From NCBI GenBank assembly GCA_045633525.1, contig JAZQYM010000014.1:322-64321 (forward strand): a stretch of 64,000 bases of DNA, given 5' to 3'. The translations under genes and the position numbers were made by a program. The DNA is from Alistipes sp. (GTDB lineage: Bacteria > Bacteroidota > Bacteroidia > Bacteroidales > Rikenellaceae). The stretch's first letter is position 1. Every line of letters begins with the position of its first letter. Below are positions 28,789 to 38,993 of the stretch, in pieces. A model generated the notes under the pieces. The model made no database searches, was not told the DNA's origin, and saw only the letters and a program-made list of their open reading frames with translations.

Positions 28789-29528
28789 CAAAGGCAGAGA
28801 TACAATTTATACGCTCGCTCTCGGATAAGCGCACGCGCGATGCCGAGCACCTCTTCATTGCTGAGGGTGATAAGCTTGTTGAGGAGATACGAAACTCGGC
28901 GTTTCCTATTCGTCGTATATATACTACCCGCCCAGATATCAAGGGCGAGGATGTAGAGCATATCGAAAAGAGGGATATGGAGCGTATCTCGCAGCTTAAG
29001 ACTGCTACCGACACCCTTGCTGTTGTCGAGCAGCCACGCTATCGCCTCGATATTGATTCCAACTCTCTTATTTTAGCCCTTGATGGCGTGCAGAACCCTG
29101 GAAATCTCGGCACTATCATCCGCCTTGCCGACTGGTTTGGTATCAAGGATATAGTATGCTCAAAGGAGTGTGCCGATTGCTATAATCCAAAGGTCGTGCA
29201 GGCTACTATGGGCGCTATTCTTCGTGTCCGCGTACACTACGTAGATGACCTTGCCGACCTTCTTAGCTCTGCTAAAACTAAAGGAATGCCTATCTACGGC
29301 ACTCTTCTTACTGGCGAGAATATCTATACCACCAACATAGAAAACCGTGGTATTATCGTTATGGGCAACGAGGGTCGTGGTCTCACCCCAGAGTGTTGCA
29401 CCACCCTTACTCATCAGCTCTTAATACCCCCATATCCTGCCGACGCACCAACATCCGAGTCGCTAAATGTAGCGATGGCGACGGGTATAATTCTATCCGA
29501 ATTCCGCCGCCGTTCTTTGTTGCGATAA
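28785..29528 (+). CDS. TrmH/SpoU-family RNA methyltransferase
   Basis: NPGNLGTIIR, GNEGRG and ESLNVA motifs; start at MTKAE. Confidence 0.92.
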   Translation: MTKAEIQFIRSLSDKRTRDAEHLFIAEGDKLVEEIRNSAFPIRRIYTTRPDIKGEDVEHIEKRDMERISQLKTATDTLAVVEQPRYRLDIDSNSLILALDGVQNPGNLGTIIRLADWFGIKDIVCSKECADCYNPKVVQATMGAILRVRVHYVDDLADLLSSAKTKGMPIYGTLLTGENIYTTNIENRGIIVMGNEGRGLTPECCTTLTHQLLIPPYPADAPTSESLNVAMATGIILSEFRRRSLLR

Positions 29529-29639
29529 GGGGTACATCTTCGACTCTTCAGTCAAAATGGTGAATGGAAAATACGCGTAGTATGTTCCATCCACCATTTT
29601 TCGTGTCAGAGCCAAATCTGACCCCTTCTCGCAACAAAG
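29515..29639. repeat. Long palindrome copy E2; supplies the stop codon of the TrmH gene
   Basis: Near-identical to 3568-3693, with compensatory substitutions. Confidence 0.85.
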
Positions 29640-29675
29640 CTGGTCTTGCGTTTGGGGATTGTAACCACATTAAAC

Positions 29676-29710
29676 AAAAAAACGAGACCCCACGTGGAGG
29701 TCTCGTTTCT
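29676..29710 (-). terminator. Intrinsic (likely bidirectional) terminator
   Basis: AAACGAGACC...GGTCTCGTTT stem with an A7 run on its left. Confidence 0.7.
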
Positions 29711-29727
29711 ATGATTGTCGCTTTTGA

Positions 29728-31056
29728 TTACTCGCAGCTCTGGTCTAACCAGCTTGACAAAGTGCCCTGGAAGGTACCAGTAAGCTTATTGCCGCGGTCA
29801 TCCTCGCTATCAACCTCAAAGAGGAAGTTTGTGCCATCCTTGGTAACCTTAACACTACCAGAAGTCAATGGTGCTGCAGTAGACATATCTAGCTCACCAT
29901 CTACGCAAGTTAGGTACCAAGCGTGCATCTGCAAACAGTCATCGCGCAAGAGACCATTAGGGATAGTGTACGCACAGTTCTCTGGTTTCTGCTTGAAGAT
30001 AGGGTATTCGCCATTGATAATATCGAGGTCATTAACGCCACCCTCGCTCTTTGGTACGATTAGGTCCAATACTATATATACACCATTGTAGTGAGGATAG
30101 TTCTCCTCTACAAGCTGCATAAACCATACATTGTAACCAGTGCCGTAGTGGTCGCCACGGAAGTAGGCATCCACGTGGCCGCCAGTGATATCGAATGTGA
30201 TATCCTTGGTATATGCGCTCACAGGGAAGATATCAGCGAATGTACCCTCGGTATAGCCCTCATATACAAGATCTCCGTGATACTCTATATGGTGCTTCTT
30301 GCCATCGAAGAATGTAACATCGACTACGATGCCAGTCTCGGTAACCACCATTGTAGCATCAGCGTATGGAATATCTGCGCCGTTTGAGCTAAGGTAGTAG
30401 CTCTCATCCTTATAGCCATCTATCGTACCTGGGCGACCTGACCTTGAGTGGTCCATCTTGTATGTGCCTACAGGAACGCGATGTACCTTGTTAAATGCAG
30501 AGCTTACATCAGAGTAGATATTAAAGCGATACTCTGTAGCGCCAGACTCCTTAGTTAGATAGTGTGGAGATCTTCTATCGCCAAGGATAATTAGGTAGTC
30601 GAAACCTGTGGTAGTAGGGAACTTACCCCAGTATGTGCCATTAAGGTGTGTAGCCTTGAATGTTACATCAGGACGCTCATAACCATCCTGTTCAATAGAT
30701 ACAAACTTTGTCTGGTTCTTATACTTGATAGTGATGTAATCTTCGCGCTCAACATCCTCGTTCTGGGCAACGGTGAAGGTAATCTTATTCTTGCCTACGG
30801 TGATGTCGGTAATCCACTCTGCATCTGAGGTTGCGGTAACCTCTGCAGGGGCTGCAGAGCGTGTCTCCTCCTCGGTAAGTGAGAATGTAATCTCACCAAC
30901 ACCGCCCAATGCTGGGTACTCTAAAATGCCATTTGTTGGGGCTGTAATATTAAGCACAAGGTTGGCATTTGTCTGCTCTGTCTGCTCGTTACCAGTGTTC
31001 TCGCAAGCACTGAAGGCAACAGCGCAAAGAGCTAATAAAGAGAATAGTTTTTTCAT
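29728..31056 (-). CDS. BACON-domain surface lipoprotein
   Basis: Lipobox AFSAC; SDAEWIT...FTVAQN...R BACON pattern; paralogous to 33318-34592. Confidence 0.8.
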   Translation of the reverse strand: MKKLFSLLALCAVAFSACENTGNEQTEQTNANLVLNITAPTNGILEYPALGGVGEITFSLTEEETRSAAPAEVTATSDAEWITDITVGKNKITFTVAQNEDVEREDYITIKYKNQTKFVSIEQDGYERPDVTFKATHLNGTYWGKFPTTTGFDYLIILGDRRSPHYLTKESGATEYRFNIYSDVSSAFNKVHRVPVGTYKMDHSRSGRPGTIDGYKDESYYLSSNGADIPYADATMVVTETGIVVDVTFFDGKKHHIEYHGDLVYEGYTEGTFADIFPVSAYTKDITFDITGGHVDAYFRGDHYGTGYNVWFMQLVEENYPHYNGVYIVLDLIVPKSEGGVNDLDIINGEYPIFKQKPENCAYTIPNGLLRDDCLQMHAWYLTCVDGELDMSTAAPLTSGSVKVTKDGTNFLFEVDSEDDRGNKLTGTFQGTLSSWLDQSCE

Positions 31057-31091
31057 TTTAGTTAGTGAAGTTTTATAGGTTTTAGTTGTTC

Positions 31092-32768
31092 TTATTTCTT
31101 GTAGTCGAAGCCTACGCTACCACCAATCTCGCAGATCGCGGTATTCACAACCTCGTACTTACCATCGTACTTGCTACTTGGAGCAGAGATGATGGCGATA
31201 AGTTTGCAGTTGTTGATATTCCAAGAGTTGGCAACGAAGAGCTCGAAGTCCATCACGCGCTCGTATGTAGTATAGGCGTTCACATAACCAAAGTCTACGC
31301 CCGCGATATCGGTTGAAGATAGACCTGTGATGCCATCACGCATAACATTATGGTGTGTGTGCATCCACGATGCTGAAGCGTTAGACTGTGTAGCGTAGAC
31401 ATCATCCTCGAGCAACCACAACGCAATCTTTATATTCTGATCCTTCTTAGACTTAACCGCTGCGTTCACAACGAGTTTGTTGCCGTCGCGCTTAGTCGCC
31501 AACGCAACAGATGCGCTTACATTCTTATCCCAGAACTCGTCGATGCGGTCTGTGATATTGGTCTTACCTGTATAGTTAAAGCAGAAGTTCGTAGTAAACG
31601 ATGGGTAGCCAGTGAGGTAGTCTCCGGTTTTACATACATTCACATAGTAGTTCCAAAGGGTCTTTGCTGCAGATGAGTAGCAAGCCTCTCCAGAGGCAAA
31701 CGAGTATGAGTATACGGTATTGAACTTATCCTTGTAGTAGACATTCTCCTCTGCATCCTTGAATGCCTGCTTTGTGGGAGGGCAGTAACCGCAGCCTGCG
31801 CCAGTGTGGCTTACAAGTAGGATGCGCTGGTTGAAGTCGTAGCTATCTGGTGCGCTATCGGCTGGTAGTACTGGGGTGTCGCTTGGTACGACAGTCACGG
31901 TAAATACATTCGAGCTTGTGCCGTTGTACTTGGCAAAGAATACGCGCTCGGCAACCTCAGTAGGTGTATATGGGTTTGAGACCTCAGTCTTAGTGTAGTA
32001 GTCGTAAATTGTTGAAGATGCTGTAACATCATTATTAGCAAGGGTTACGGTGAAGCTAACGCTCTCGCCAAGCTTGATATATGCTTTGCTTGCCGAAAGC
32101 TGAGGGATGCTTGACTGTGCCTCCTGCTTAATCTGTGTGGTGAAGGTGTATGTTCCGTAGTTAAGAACAATGCTACCTCTACGGATTGAGGTGGTATTGT
32201 TTGCCTCTACAAAGAAGTTTACCTTGTCGCTCTCAACCACGATCTCTTTGATCCACTCGTCGTCGGTTGTAACGACTGGCTTATCGTCCTCATTAGCACC
32301 TGTTAGGGTATAGGTAATAGTACCTTCACCGCCTTCGGCGCTAAAGTTTAGGGTGCGATCAGATGTAACCGTGAGCACAGCATTGCTGTTAACTTCGCGA
32401 CCCAACTGATCTACAGCTATAACTACTGTTGTCTTGTCGTAGCTTAGTGTTATAGAGCCCAAACGACCCTCAATTGTGGTGTTTGCCTCTACTGTGAAGG
32501 TAACGGTGTCGTTAACCGTGATATCCTTAATCCACTCTGTGGCTGAGGATGCTGTAAGCTTGGCACCCTCAACCTCAGTGTCGATAACATACTCTATCTC
32601 TGCGTTACCGCCTTCTGCAGGCATCTCGATATAAGAGCTAGAGACAACACGGAACTGGTCGCCTACCTCGGTATTAGTGTTGTTATTGCCCTCGTCGGTA
32701 GGTAGAAGCTCGCAAGAGCTAAATAGTAGCGCAAAGAGCGCAATTGTAGAGAATAGTACTCTTCTCAT
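31092..32768 (-). CDS. Lipoprotein with 2 BACON domains and an Omp28-like domain
   Basis: Lipobox FSSC; two EWIK...VEAN...R repeats; TGAGCGYCP, GYPS and HHNVMR Omp28 motifs. Confidence 0.82.
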   Translation of the reverse strand: MRRVLFSTIALFALLFSSCELLPTDEGNNNTNTEVGDQFRVVSSSYIEMPAEGGNAEIEYVIDTEVEGAKLTASSATEWIKDITVNDTVTFTVEANTTIEGRLGSITLSYDKTTVVIAVDQLGREVNSNAVLTVTSDRTLNFSAEGGEGTITYTLTGANEDDKPVVTTDDEWIKEIVVESDKVNFFVEANNTTSIRRGSIVLNYGTYTFTTQIKQEAQSSIPQLSASKAYIKLGESVSFTVTLANNDVTASSTIYDYYTKTEVSNPYTPTEVAERVFFAKYNGTSSNVFTVTVVPSDTPVLPADSAPDSYDFNQRILLVSHTGAGCGYCPPTKQAFKDAEENVYYKDKFNTVYSYSFASGEACYSSAAKTLWNYYVNVCKTGDYLTGYPSFTTNFCFNYTGKTNITDRIDEFWDKNVSASVALATKRDGNKLVVNAAVKSKKDQNIKIALWLLEDDVYATQSNASASWMHTHHNVMRDGITGLSSTDIAGVDFGYVNAYTTYERVMDFELFVANSWNINNCKLIAIISAPSSKYDGKYEVVNTAICEIGGSVGFDYKK

Positions 32769-32792
32769 ATTGCTAAAGTATGATAAATGTTA

Positions 32793-33152
32793 TTACTCGA
32801 TAACTGCAGCTGCCTGGTTAATAGTGATATACTCCTTAGCACTTGCGTATGTAACCTCAATCTTACCAGTACGAGCCTCACCAGTATTCTCGTCTACGCA
32901 GAACTGGATTGTGCAAGCCTCCTCGTCAACGCCGTTGATATGAATCCACTCTACATTAGGAGTTGCTACAACCTTTGCACCCTCAACAGCCTCGTCGATC
33001 TCATAATAAGCATTGAAGCAACCAGGAACATCAACCTCGATGGTGGTTGGTGTTGTGATGTGGAACTTACCAACAGCCTCCTCAGTAGCAGTCTCACACG
33101 CTGTGAAAAGGAGCGCGAACGCTGCGAATAGAGAGAAAAATTTCTTTGCCAT
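32793..33152 (-). CDS. Single-BACON lipoprotein
   Basis: Lipobox FTAC; VEWI...VDENTGEARTG. Confidence 0.78.
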   Translation of the reverse strand: MAKKFFSLFAAFALLFTACETATEEAVGKFHITTPTTIEVDVPGCFNAYYEIDEAVEGAKVVATPNVEWIHINGVDEEACTIQFCVDENTGEARTGKIEVTYASAKEYITINQAAAVIE

Positions 33153-33263
33153 AATATTGAATTTTTAAGGTTAATAAATTGTGTTATTAAAATCTTTTAT
33201 TTTTTTCGTTGCTTTCGTAGCACAAATATATAATAATTTTCTCAACTTTATATATTTATATAT

Positions 33264-33300
33264 AAAAAATGACCACCGAGTTAGTCGGTGGCCATTTTTT
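33264..33300. terminator. Bidirectional intrinsic terminator
   Basis: AAAAAATGACCACCGA...TCGGTGGCCATTTTTT. Confidence 0.75.
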
Positions 33301-33317
33301 ATTGTATCGGCAAATGA

Positions 33318-34592
33318 TTACTGCTGGCTGCTGTAGTCTACAACATCGATACAAGTGTATGTACCAGTAATCTTATGACCGTTGTCGTCCATACAGTCGT
33401 AAGTTACAACATAGTTTGAGCCATCCTTAGCAATAGTGATAGTACCAGATGTAAGTGGCGCACGGTTGCCGTGGTCAATTAAGCCACCTACCACACTTGT
33501 GTACCAAGAGCCTACATACTGTGTGCCCTCGAAAGCACCTGCAAGGAATGTGTTCTTCGCAACATCGCCTACAGCTCCGGTGTATGTGCCAAGAATGCTG
33601 TCGATGCTTGTGCTCATATCGTCAGTGATTACATCAAGCATAAAGTAGTTGTAGTTGCTTGTATCATCAGTGCCAGTCATACTTACGCTCCAGTTGTTTG
33701 CGCCAACGCCAAATACATCGCCATAGTTTACAAGACGAAGGTGGCCACCAGTCTCGTTGATAGTGAAGTCCTCAGTAAGAGTTGAGAAGAAATCAGGATC
33801 CTCGAACTGAAGCCAGCCAAGCTCCAAAGAGCCCTCATATACCAAGTGGTGTACCTGGTTATTCTGGAATCTGAAGTATGCCTCAATCTTGTTCTCAGTA
33901 ACGATAACTACACCATCATCGAAGTAGTTCTCTTTGTAACCGCCAGATGCGAGGGTCTCGAAAAGAAGACTGTACTGACCACCGAATGAGTCGCCTACGC
34001 CTGCACCAAGGTAGTCGTGCTTATATACGCCCTGTGGCAAAGTGAGTACATCACCTGCAGGTGTTGTAGAGTACATATCAAGGCGGTAATAGCTATCTAC
34101 GAATGGTATATCCGAAACGCCTGTAGTGCCATAAGTCGATAGGATAACGAAATAGTTAGGGTCACCATACTTAGTACCGTAGTACTCACCGTTGATAGCT
34201 GTAGCAGTGAACTCTACATCTACCTCCCAGCCAGCATCTTGGCGAACGAATACCTCGTATGACTGCTTGCCATACTTAACATTGATGCTTGCTACGCGAG
34301 ACTCGGTAGACTCGTTTAGCTCTGCATTGAAGTGAATCTCGTCGTTGGCAGCAACAATATCCTTAATCCAGTTTACAGATGTAGTTACTGTAGGTACTGC
34401 GCCCTCTGGAGCCTCAGTGATGTAGTAGTTGATGATAGTATCACCGCCATAGAACCCCACTGATACAGACTTCTCCTCAACAACAAGGTAGCCCTTTACA
34501 GTCTCGTTACCTCCGGTAGTCTCGTCGTTGTTACAAGCTGTGAAGATTGCACTCACAGCCACCAAGAGATAGAATAGTTTGTTTAGTTTCAT
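33318..34592 (-). CDS. BACON-domain surface lipoprotein
   Basis: Lipobox FTAC; VNWIKD...AELN...R; C-terminal domains shared with 29728-31056. Confidence 0.8.
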   Translation of the reverse strand: MKLNKLFYLLVAVSAIFTACNNDETTGGNETVKGYLVVEEKSVSVGFYGGDTIINYYITEAPEGAVPTVTTSVNWIKDIVAANDEIHFNAELNESTESRVASINVKYGKQSYEVFVRQDAGWEVDVEFTATAINGEYYGTKYGDPNYFVILSTYGTTGVSDIPFVDSYYRLDMYSTTPAGDVLTLPQGVYKHDYLGAGVGDSFGGQYSLLFETLASGGYKENYFDDGVVIVTENKIEAYFRFQNNQVHHLVYEGSLELGWLQFEDPDFFSTLTEDFTINETGGHLRLVNYGDVFGVGANNWSVSMTGTDDTSNYNYFMLDVITDDMSTSIDSILGTYTGAVGDVAKNTFLAGAFEGTQYVGSWYTSVVGGLIDHGNRAPLTSGTITIAKDGSNYVVTYDCMDDNGHKITGTYTCIDVVDYSSQQ

Positions 34593-34689
34593 AATGTTTA
34601 GTATTTAGTTTAATTAGCTTACAGCGCTATTACAGCGCAAATTTAAGAAAAATACCCGAAATACAAAATATAATAGGCTGAGAAATAGT

Positions 34690-34719
34690 AAGGGGTTGCC
34701 CAAAATTGGACAACCCCTT
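34690..34719. terminator. Hairpin AAGGGGTTG...CAACCCCTT, likely a terminator
   Basis: Inverted repeat just past the 34742 stop. Confidence 0.55.
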
Positions 34720-34741
34720 AATCAATATAGCGTAGTCTACA

Positions 34742-36181
34742 CTATGCTGGGTTCTGTGCCTTACCAGTGATAGGACCCTCGTAGCTGCCCTTGAAGTTAC
34801 GATTGATATCATCCACAATATCGAATGAAATCTTGTAACCGCCAGCGATATGCTCTACGATAACTGTACCAGTCGATGTGCGTGCAGAAACATTGTTGTA
34901 AATAACCTCAGTATTGTTATTTGCAATATCGGTTACGCTTGCAGTCTTTGTCTCAAGATTGTATGTGCCTGCAGGGATAATCTTTGAACCGCCAGAGTGG
35001 TAAATATCGATTACGATTGATAGGTTGCCGTCTGCTGACTTCGCAGTGAATAGACACTCCTTGCTATCGCACCATGTAGAATTAACAGAAGCCCACTCGT
35101 TGTACTCAATAGCACCTACTACAGCCTCGCCAAGATCCATACCGCGAATCTCACCATTATAGTTGATTGAGAGGTTTACATCAGCAGCACTGAAAGTACC
35201 AACGATAGAGATAGTCTTGTTTACAGTGTCAGTGGTAACCACGAATGATGCAGCGTAGACGTCAGCTGCAAGGTCGCTAACGTTGCTACGGTATGTAGAG
35301 TAACCGTTATCGTTAGCATTGTTAAGAAGGATACCGCCATTCTCTACTGTGTAAGTACCATCAGTGATGCGCTGTGTGTTAGCCTCTGCCAAAGCGAAAC
35401 TAATAACAGTTTGCATATCACCCATAGTATTGTCGTGCTCAACGAATGTTACATCCCACTGTGCACCGCCATTCTCGCTGCTTGCCCAAACCTCAGAGAT
35501 AACGAACTCGTTAACAACCTCGCTTGGGTCAATGTACTCAGCCTGCTTAAGTGTGATAACAACAGGATCCAAGATACCGTAAGAAACAGTGATAGTAGCC
35601 TCGCGAGCCTCGCCCTCGTTAGCCTGAGCTGTGAAGTCGATAGCACCGTCAACGATAGCTGTTACCTCTACCCAATCCTGGTTAGATACTGCCTCAACCT
35701 CAACGCCCTCGATAGGGTTCTCAAGGATATAGCCGATGCTACCAGAGAAAGCGTTGCAATCGAACTCGATTGTAGGCTCTGCAGTAACCTCGAATCGAAG
35801 AACAGTAGAAGCTGGCTTAGCAGCCTGCTTTACAACAACATTGAAAGACTGCTCCTCGTAGCTAACAACGATAGTAGCCTCGCGAGCATCGCCCTCGTTA
35901 GCAGCAACCTCATAAATAATGCTTGACGCAACAGTAATGTCTGTAATCCACTCTGCCTCGCAAGTAGCAGCAACAGCAGCGCCCTCAGGAGCATTCTCAA
36001 GAGTGTAGGTAATCATCTGAGTACCACCCTCAGCCTCAACCTCAACCTCAAGAGCTGAAGTAATGGTCAACTTAGGTAGCTTAGGCTCCTCTTTCTGAGT
36101 GTCGTCGCCGAGCAATTCGCTACAAGATGCAAGTGCCAATGGCAATGCAAGCAACAAGTAAAAATAGTTCTTAAGTTTCAT
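34742..36181 (-). CDS. Lipoprotein with 2 BACON domains and repeated beta-rich domains
   Basis: Lipobox LASC; two ANEGxAREATI repeats. Confidence 0.8.
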   Translation of the reverse strand: MKLKNYFYLLLALPLALASCSELLGDDTQKEEPKLPKLTITSALEVEVEAEGGTQMITYTLENAPEGAAVAATCEAEWITDITVASSIIYEVAANEGDAREATIVVSYEEQSFNVVVKQAAKPASTVLRFEVTAEPTIEFDCNAFSGSIGYILENPIEGVEVEAVSNQDWVEVTAIVDGAIDFTAQANEGEAREATITVSYGILDPVVITLKQAEYIDPSEVVNEFVISEVWASSENGGAQWDVTFVEHDNTMGDMQTVISFALAEANTQRITDGTYTVENGGILLNNANDNGYSTYRSNVSDLAADVYAASFVVTTDTVNKTISIVGTFSAADVNLSINYNGEIRGMDLGEAVVGAIEYNEWASVNSTWCDSKECLFTAKSADGNLSIVIDIYHSGGSKIIPAGTYNLETKTASVTDIANNNTEVIYNNVSARTSTGTVIVEHIAGGYKISFDIVDDINRNFKGSYEGPITGKAQNPA

Positions 36182-36283
36182 AATAATTATTAGTTTAATG
36201 GTTTTGTTTGTAAATGTTTCACATTTCGTAACGCAAAATTATCAATAATTTTCGGGTTTTCAAAACTATTTGCCAAAAAATGC

Positions 36284-36326
36284 AACCATAATAGGGGTTG
36301 GCTAAGTTACTTTTTAGTCAGCCCCC
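36284..36326. repeat. 43-bp dispersed hairpin repeat, copy 1
   Basis: AACCATAATAGGGGTTGGCTAAGTTaCTTTTTAGTCAGCCCCC; one mismatch to 62856-62898. Confidence 0.85.
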
Positions 36327-36336
36327 TAATTCTATT

Positions 36337-37263
36337 TTACTGCTTAGTGGTGTTGTTATAGCTATTTTTTTTGTTCTTTGCAAAGATGCCCTTTGAGATA
36401 TTTCTTCGCATCTTAATTAGATACTTGCTCTGCGCTGGGGTGTGGATAAGGCAGAGAAGTAGGGTGGCGCACCACTTCATCACTTCGCCAATGTAGAGGC
36501 GTGTGGTGCGGTGGTGTAGCTCGGCACGTGTAAGCTGGCTTACGCCAGTGTTGTAGCAAAGTCGCTCGAAGTAGGCATCGGTGAGCTTCTCGGTAGGGAT
36601 GATATGGTACATCACAGCGTGTGGGGTGTAGTAGCACTCCATACCCGCCTTAGCGATGCGCTCAAAGAGGTCGCTCTCCTCGCCACCGATAAGCGATTTA
36701 CCCGTGCGACCCAATGATGTGTTGAACACTCCAATCTTGTCGAATACCTCGCGACGCATAGCCATATTGCCACCGCCAGGGATGCGACCCTTAGGAAAGC
36801 TACGTACATAGTCGCCAAAGTCCATAGGGTTGGCTATAGGACGCTCGGCATAGTGCGACATCCAGCGTGGACGACCAGTGGGGTACTCAGCGATAATCTT
36901 ACCTCCTGCGGCCATTGCCTTTGGTTGGCCATCGAAGAGCTTGATATATGCATCAATAAAGTCTGGCACAATACGCTCGTCGTCGTCGATAAAGGCGATG
37001 ATATCGCCCTTCGCACGTTCTATGCCGGCATTGCGGGCGTGGGAGAGACCCTGCTTAGACTCGAAGTGATAGAGGATGTTAAGCTTCGGATGCTTGGCAA
37101 TAAACTCCTCTACACGAGATTTGGTGTTGTCGCCCGAGTTGTTATCCACAATAATACACTCCCACTGCGCCGAGGATTTACTCTGCGCAGCCACCGAACT
37201 TAGGGTTACCATTAGTTGCTCGGCACGGTTGTATGTTGCAATAACAAGGGATAGACGAATCAT
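36337..37263 (-). CDS. Family 2 glycosyltransferase
   Basis: SLVIATYNR, VDNNS, GLSHARN, FIDDD and GGEE motifs; start at MIRLS. Confidence 0.92.
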   Translation of the reverse strand: MIRLSLVIATYNRAEQLMVTLSSVAAQSKSSAQWECIIVDNNSGDNTKSRVEEFIAKHPKLNILYHFESKQGLSHARNAGIERAKGDIIAFIDDDERIVPDFIDAYIKLFDGQPKAMAAGGKIIAEYPTGRPRWMSHYAERPIANPMDFGDYVRSFPKGRIPGGGNMAMRREVFDKIGVFNTSLGRTGKSLIGGEESDLFERIAKAGMECYYTPHAVMYHIIPTEKLTDAYFERLCYNTGVSQLTRAELHHRTTRLYIGEVMKWCATLLLCLIHTPAQSKYLIKMRRNISKGIFAKNKKNSYNNTTKQ

Positions 37264-37311
37264 AGTACAAAGATAGTAAAAAAAATCAACACACCGTCTC
37301 CCCATATAAAA

Positions 37312-37352
37312 GTTATAGGCTAAAGGGTGATTAAAACCTTTTAGCCTATAAC
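37312..37352. terminator. Hairpin/terminator after the 37375 gene
   Basis: GTTATAGGCTAAAGGGT...ACCTTTTAGCCTATAAC. Confidence 0.6.
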
Positions 37353-37374
37353 AATTTATATATAGGTATTAAGC

Positions 37375-38805
37375 CTACTCCTTGTGCTCGCCGTCGAGGT
37401 AGATAGCGCTTGTTACCCAGCCCTCGGCTGTACGTGTGATACACAAGAGTGTGCGGTTGTCTGCAGATGCACCGATAACGAGTGTGCAGTCCAATGCGTA
37501 GTAGTCTGGTGTGTGCTCGTCGCCCTGGTATGTATCGGTCAATGGGTTGTACTTCGTCACATCGATACCGTGCTCAAGAAGGAGCCAGTCCTCGAAGAGC
37601 TGGTAGCTTGATGAGCTGCCATTCTCAAAAGTTGTTACGAGTGTGTTACCATTGTATCCGAAAGGAATATCATACAAAAAGATAGTACCATCCTCGGTCA
37701 TACCACATACTGAACCAATACCATCGTAGGTGTGTAGGGTCTTAGTCTCACGGTCGTAGATGCTTGGGATGTTAGTCTGCTTCTCGCCCTCGTATAGCTG
37801 AGATGTACCGTAGATATATCTACCGCTCTGTGAAAAACGGTTTTGCATTTCGCCAACAGCCTTGAGTGGCTGCAAAGTCTCCTCATCAACCTCGAGCAAT
37901 ACATACTCATATGGAGTGTACTCATTCTCCCAAACAACATTTACATGAGCATACTGCTGATCCAAACCGAGGATAGAGCCATCTGGAGCGATAGAGTAGA
38001 GTGACATAGCACCATTCTTGTAGATTGGGTTTGCCATAGCTGCAGGTACGCTAACAGTGTCGTTAATTACGTCGTAGCAGAATGGAATAATATCGCCATA
38101 CATCTTTGCATAGTATGCATCTGCACTATCATAGTTCCAGTACCAACCCACTGCGTATGAACCATCAGGAGTGATGCCTGTGAGGCAGCTCATCTCGTTT
38201 TTCTCGGTAAGGTTGCTAAGGTCGATCTCGATAATCTCGCCACCGATACACATAGCAGCAACACCGTCAGAGTATGTGCCGTGGTATGAACCTACAGCAA
38301 CACCGTTGTCGTCGATATCGTAACCCTCGAAATACTCGGTTGAGATCATATCGTTTGTAGTAAGATTGATAATCATACCAGTGTGATCGAAACCACCAGT
38401 AATCCAGTGACCGTTGTCAGAGATTGCCAGACCACAAGCATAGTGCGCCCACTCACGGTATGCATAAATCTTAAGAGGATCGAAAGTTACAGACTTCTTG
38501 CCAGTCATAAATGCCTCGCCTGCGGCGTTTACAGCCTTAAGATATACTGTGTGTGTAGTGTCGTAGCTAAGACCCTCGAACTTATAAGCAGTCTTGTCTG
38601 TCTTAAAAGGCTCCTCGTTGTTGAGCTGAAGCTCATAGTAGACAGCGCCCTCAACAGCCTTCCACGATACGATAAGATTGTTCTCCTGAACACTTAGGTT
38701 GAAGTCGAAGTTGCCAGCAGTGTTCTCAGCACCCTCGTCTGGTGTACAGCTTGCAAAGCAGAATGCCATCACTGCACACATTAGTAGTCTAAAAGTGTTT
38801 TTCAT
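37375..38805 (-). CDS. Lipoprotein with an FN3-like domain and a beta-propeller-like domain
   Basis: Lipobox FASC; SWKAVEGA..Y, FEGLSYDT FN3 pattern; repeated ISDNG/ITPDG/IAPDG/SADN blades. Confidence 0.7.
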   Translation of the reverse strand: MKNTFRLLMCAVMAFCFASCTPDEGAENTAGNFDFNLSVQENNLIVSWKAVEGAVYYELQLNNEEPFKTDKTAYKFEGLSYDTTHTVYLKAVNAAGEAFMTGKKSVTFDPLKIYAYREWAHYACGLAISDNGHWITGGFDHTGMIINLTTNDMISTEYFEGYDIDDNGVAVGSYHGTYSDGVAAMCIGGEIIEIDLSNLTEKNEMSCLTGITPDGSYAVGWYWNYDSADAYYAKMYGDIIPFCYDVINDTVSVPAAMANPIYKNGAMSLYSIAPDGSILGLDQQYAHVNVVWENEYTPYEYVLLEVDEETLQPLKAVGEMQNRFSQSGRYIYGTSQLYEGEKQTNIPSIYDRETKTLHTYDGIGSVCGMTEDGTIFLYDIPFGYNGNTLVTTFENGSSSSYQLFEDWLLLEHGIDVTKYNPLTDTYQGDEHTPDYYALDCTLVIGASADNRTLLCITRTAEGWVTSAIYLDGEHKE

Positions 38806-38962
38806 AAATAGTAGTGTATAAAGTTTTCTTTTTTGTATTTCTTTGGCGCAAAGGTAGAAAAAATATGCGCGATTACAATAATATTATTAATATATACTCG
38901 ATAATGCAGTCATTATCAGCATATTTATGTAAACGATGCAGAAATAGAGGTTATATAGCAAC

Positions 38963-38993
38963 AAAAAAGAGCCTATCCCGAAAGATAGGCTCT
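38963..38993 (-). terminator. Intrinsic terminator of the 39096 gene
   Basis: AAAAAAGAGCCTATC-CCGAAA-GATAGGCTCT. Confidence 0.75.
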
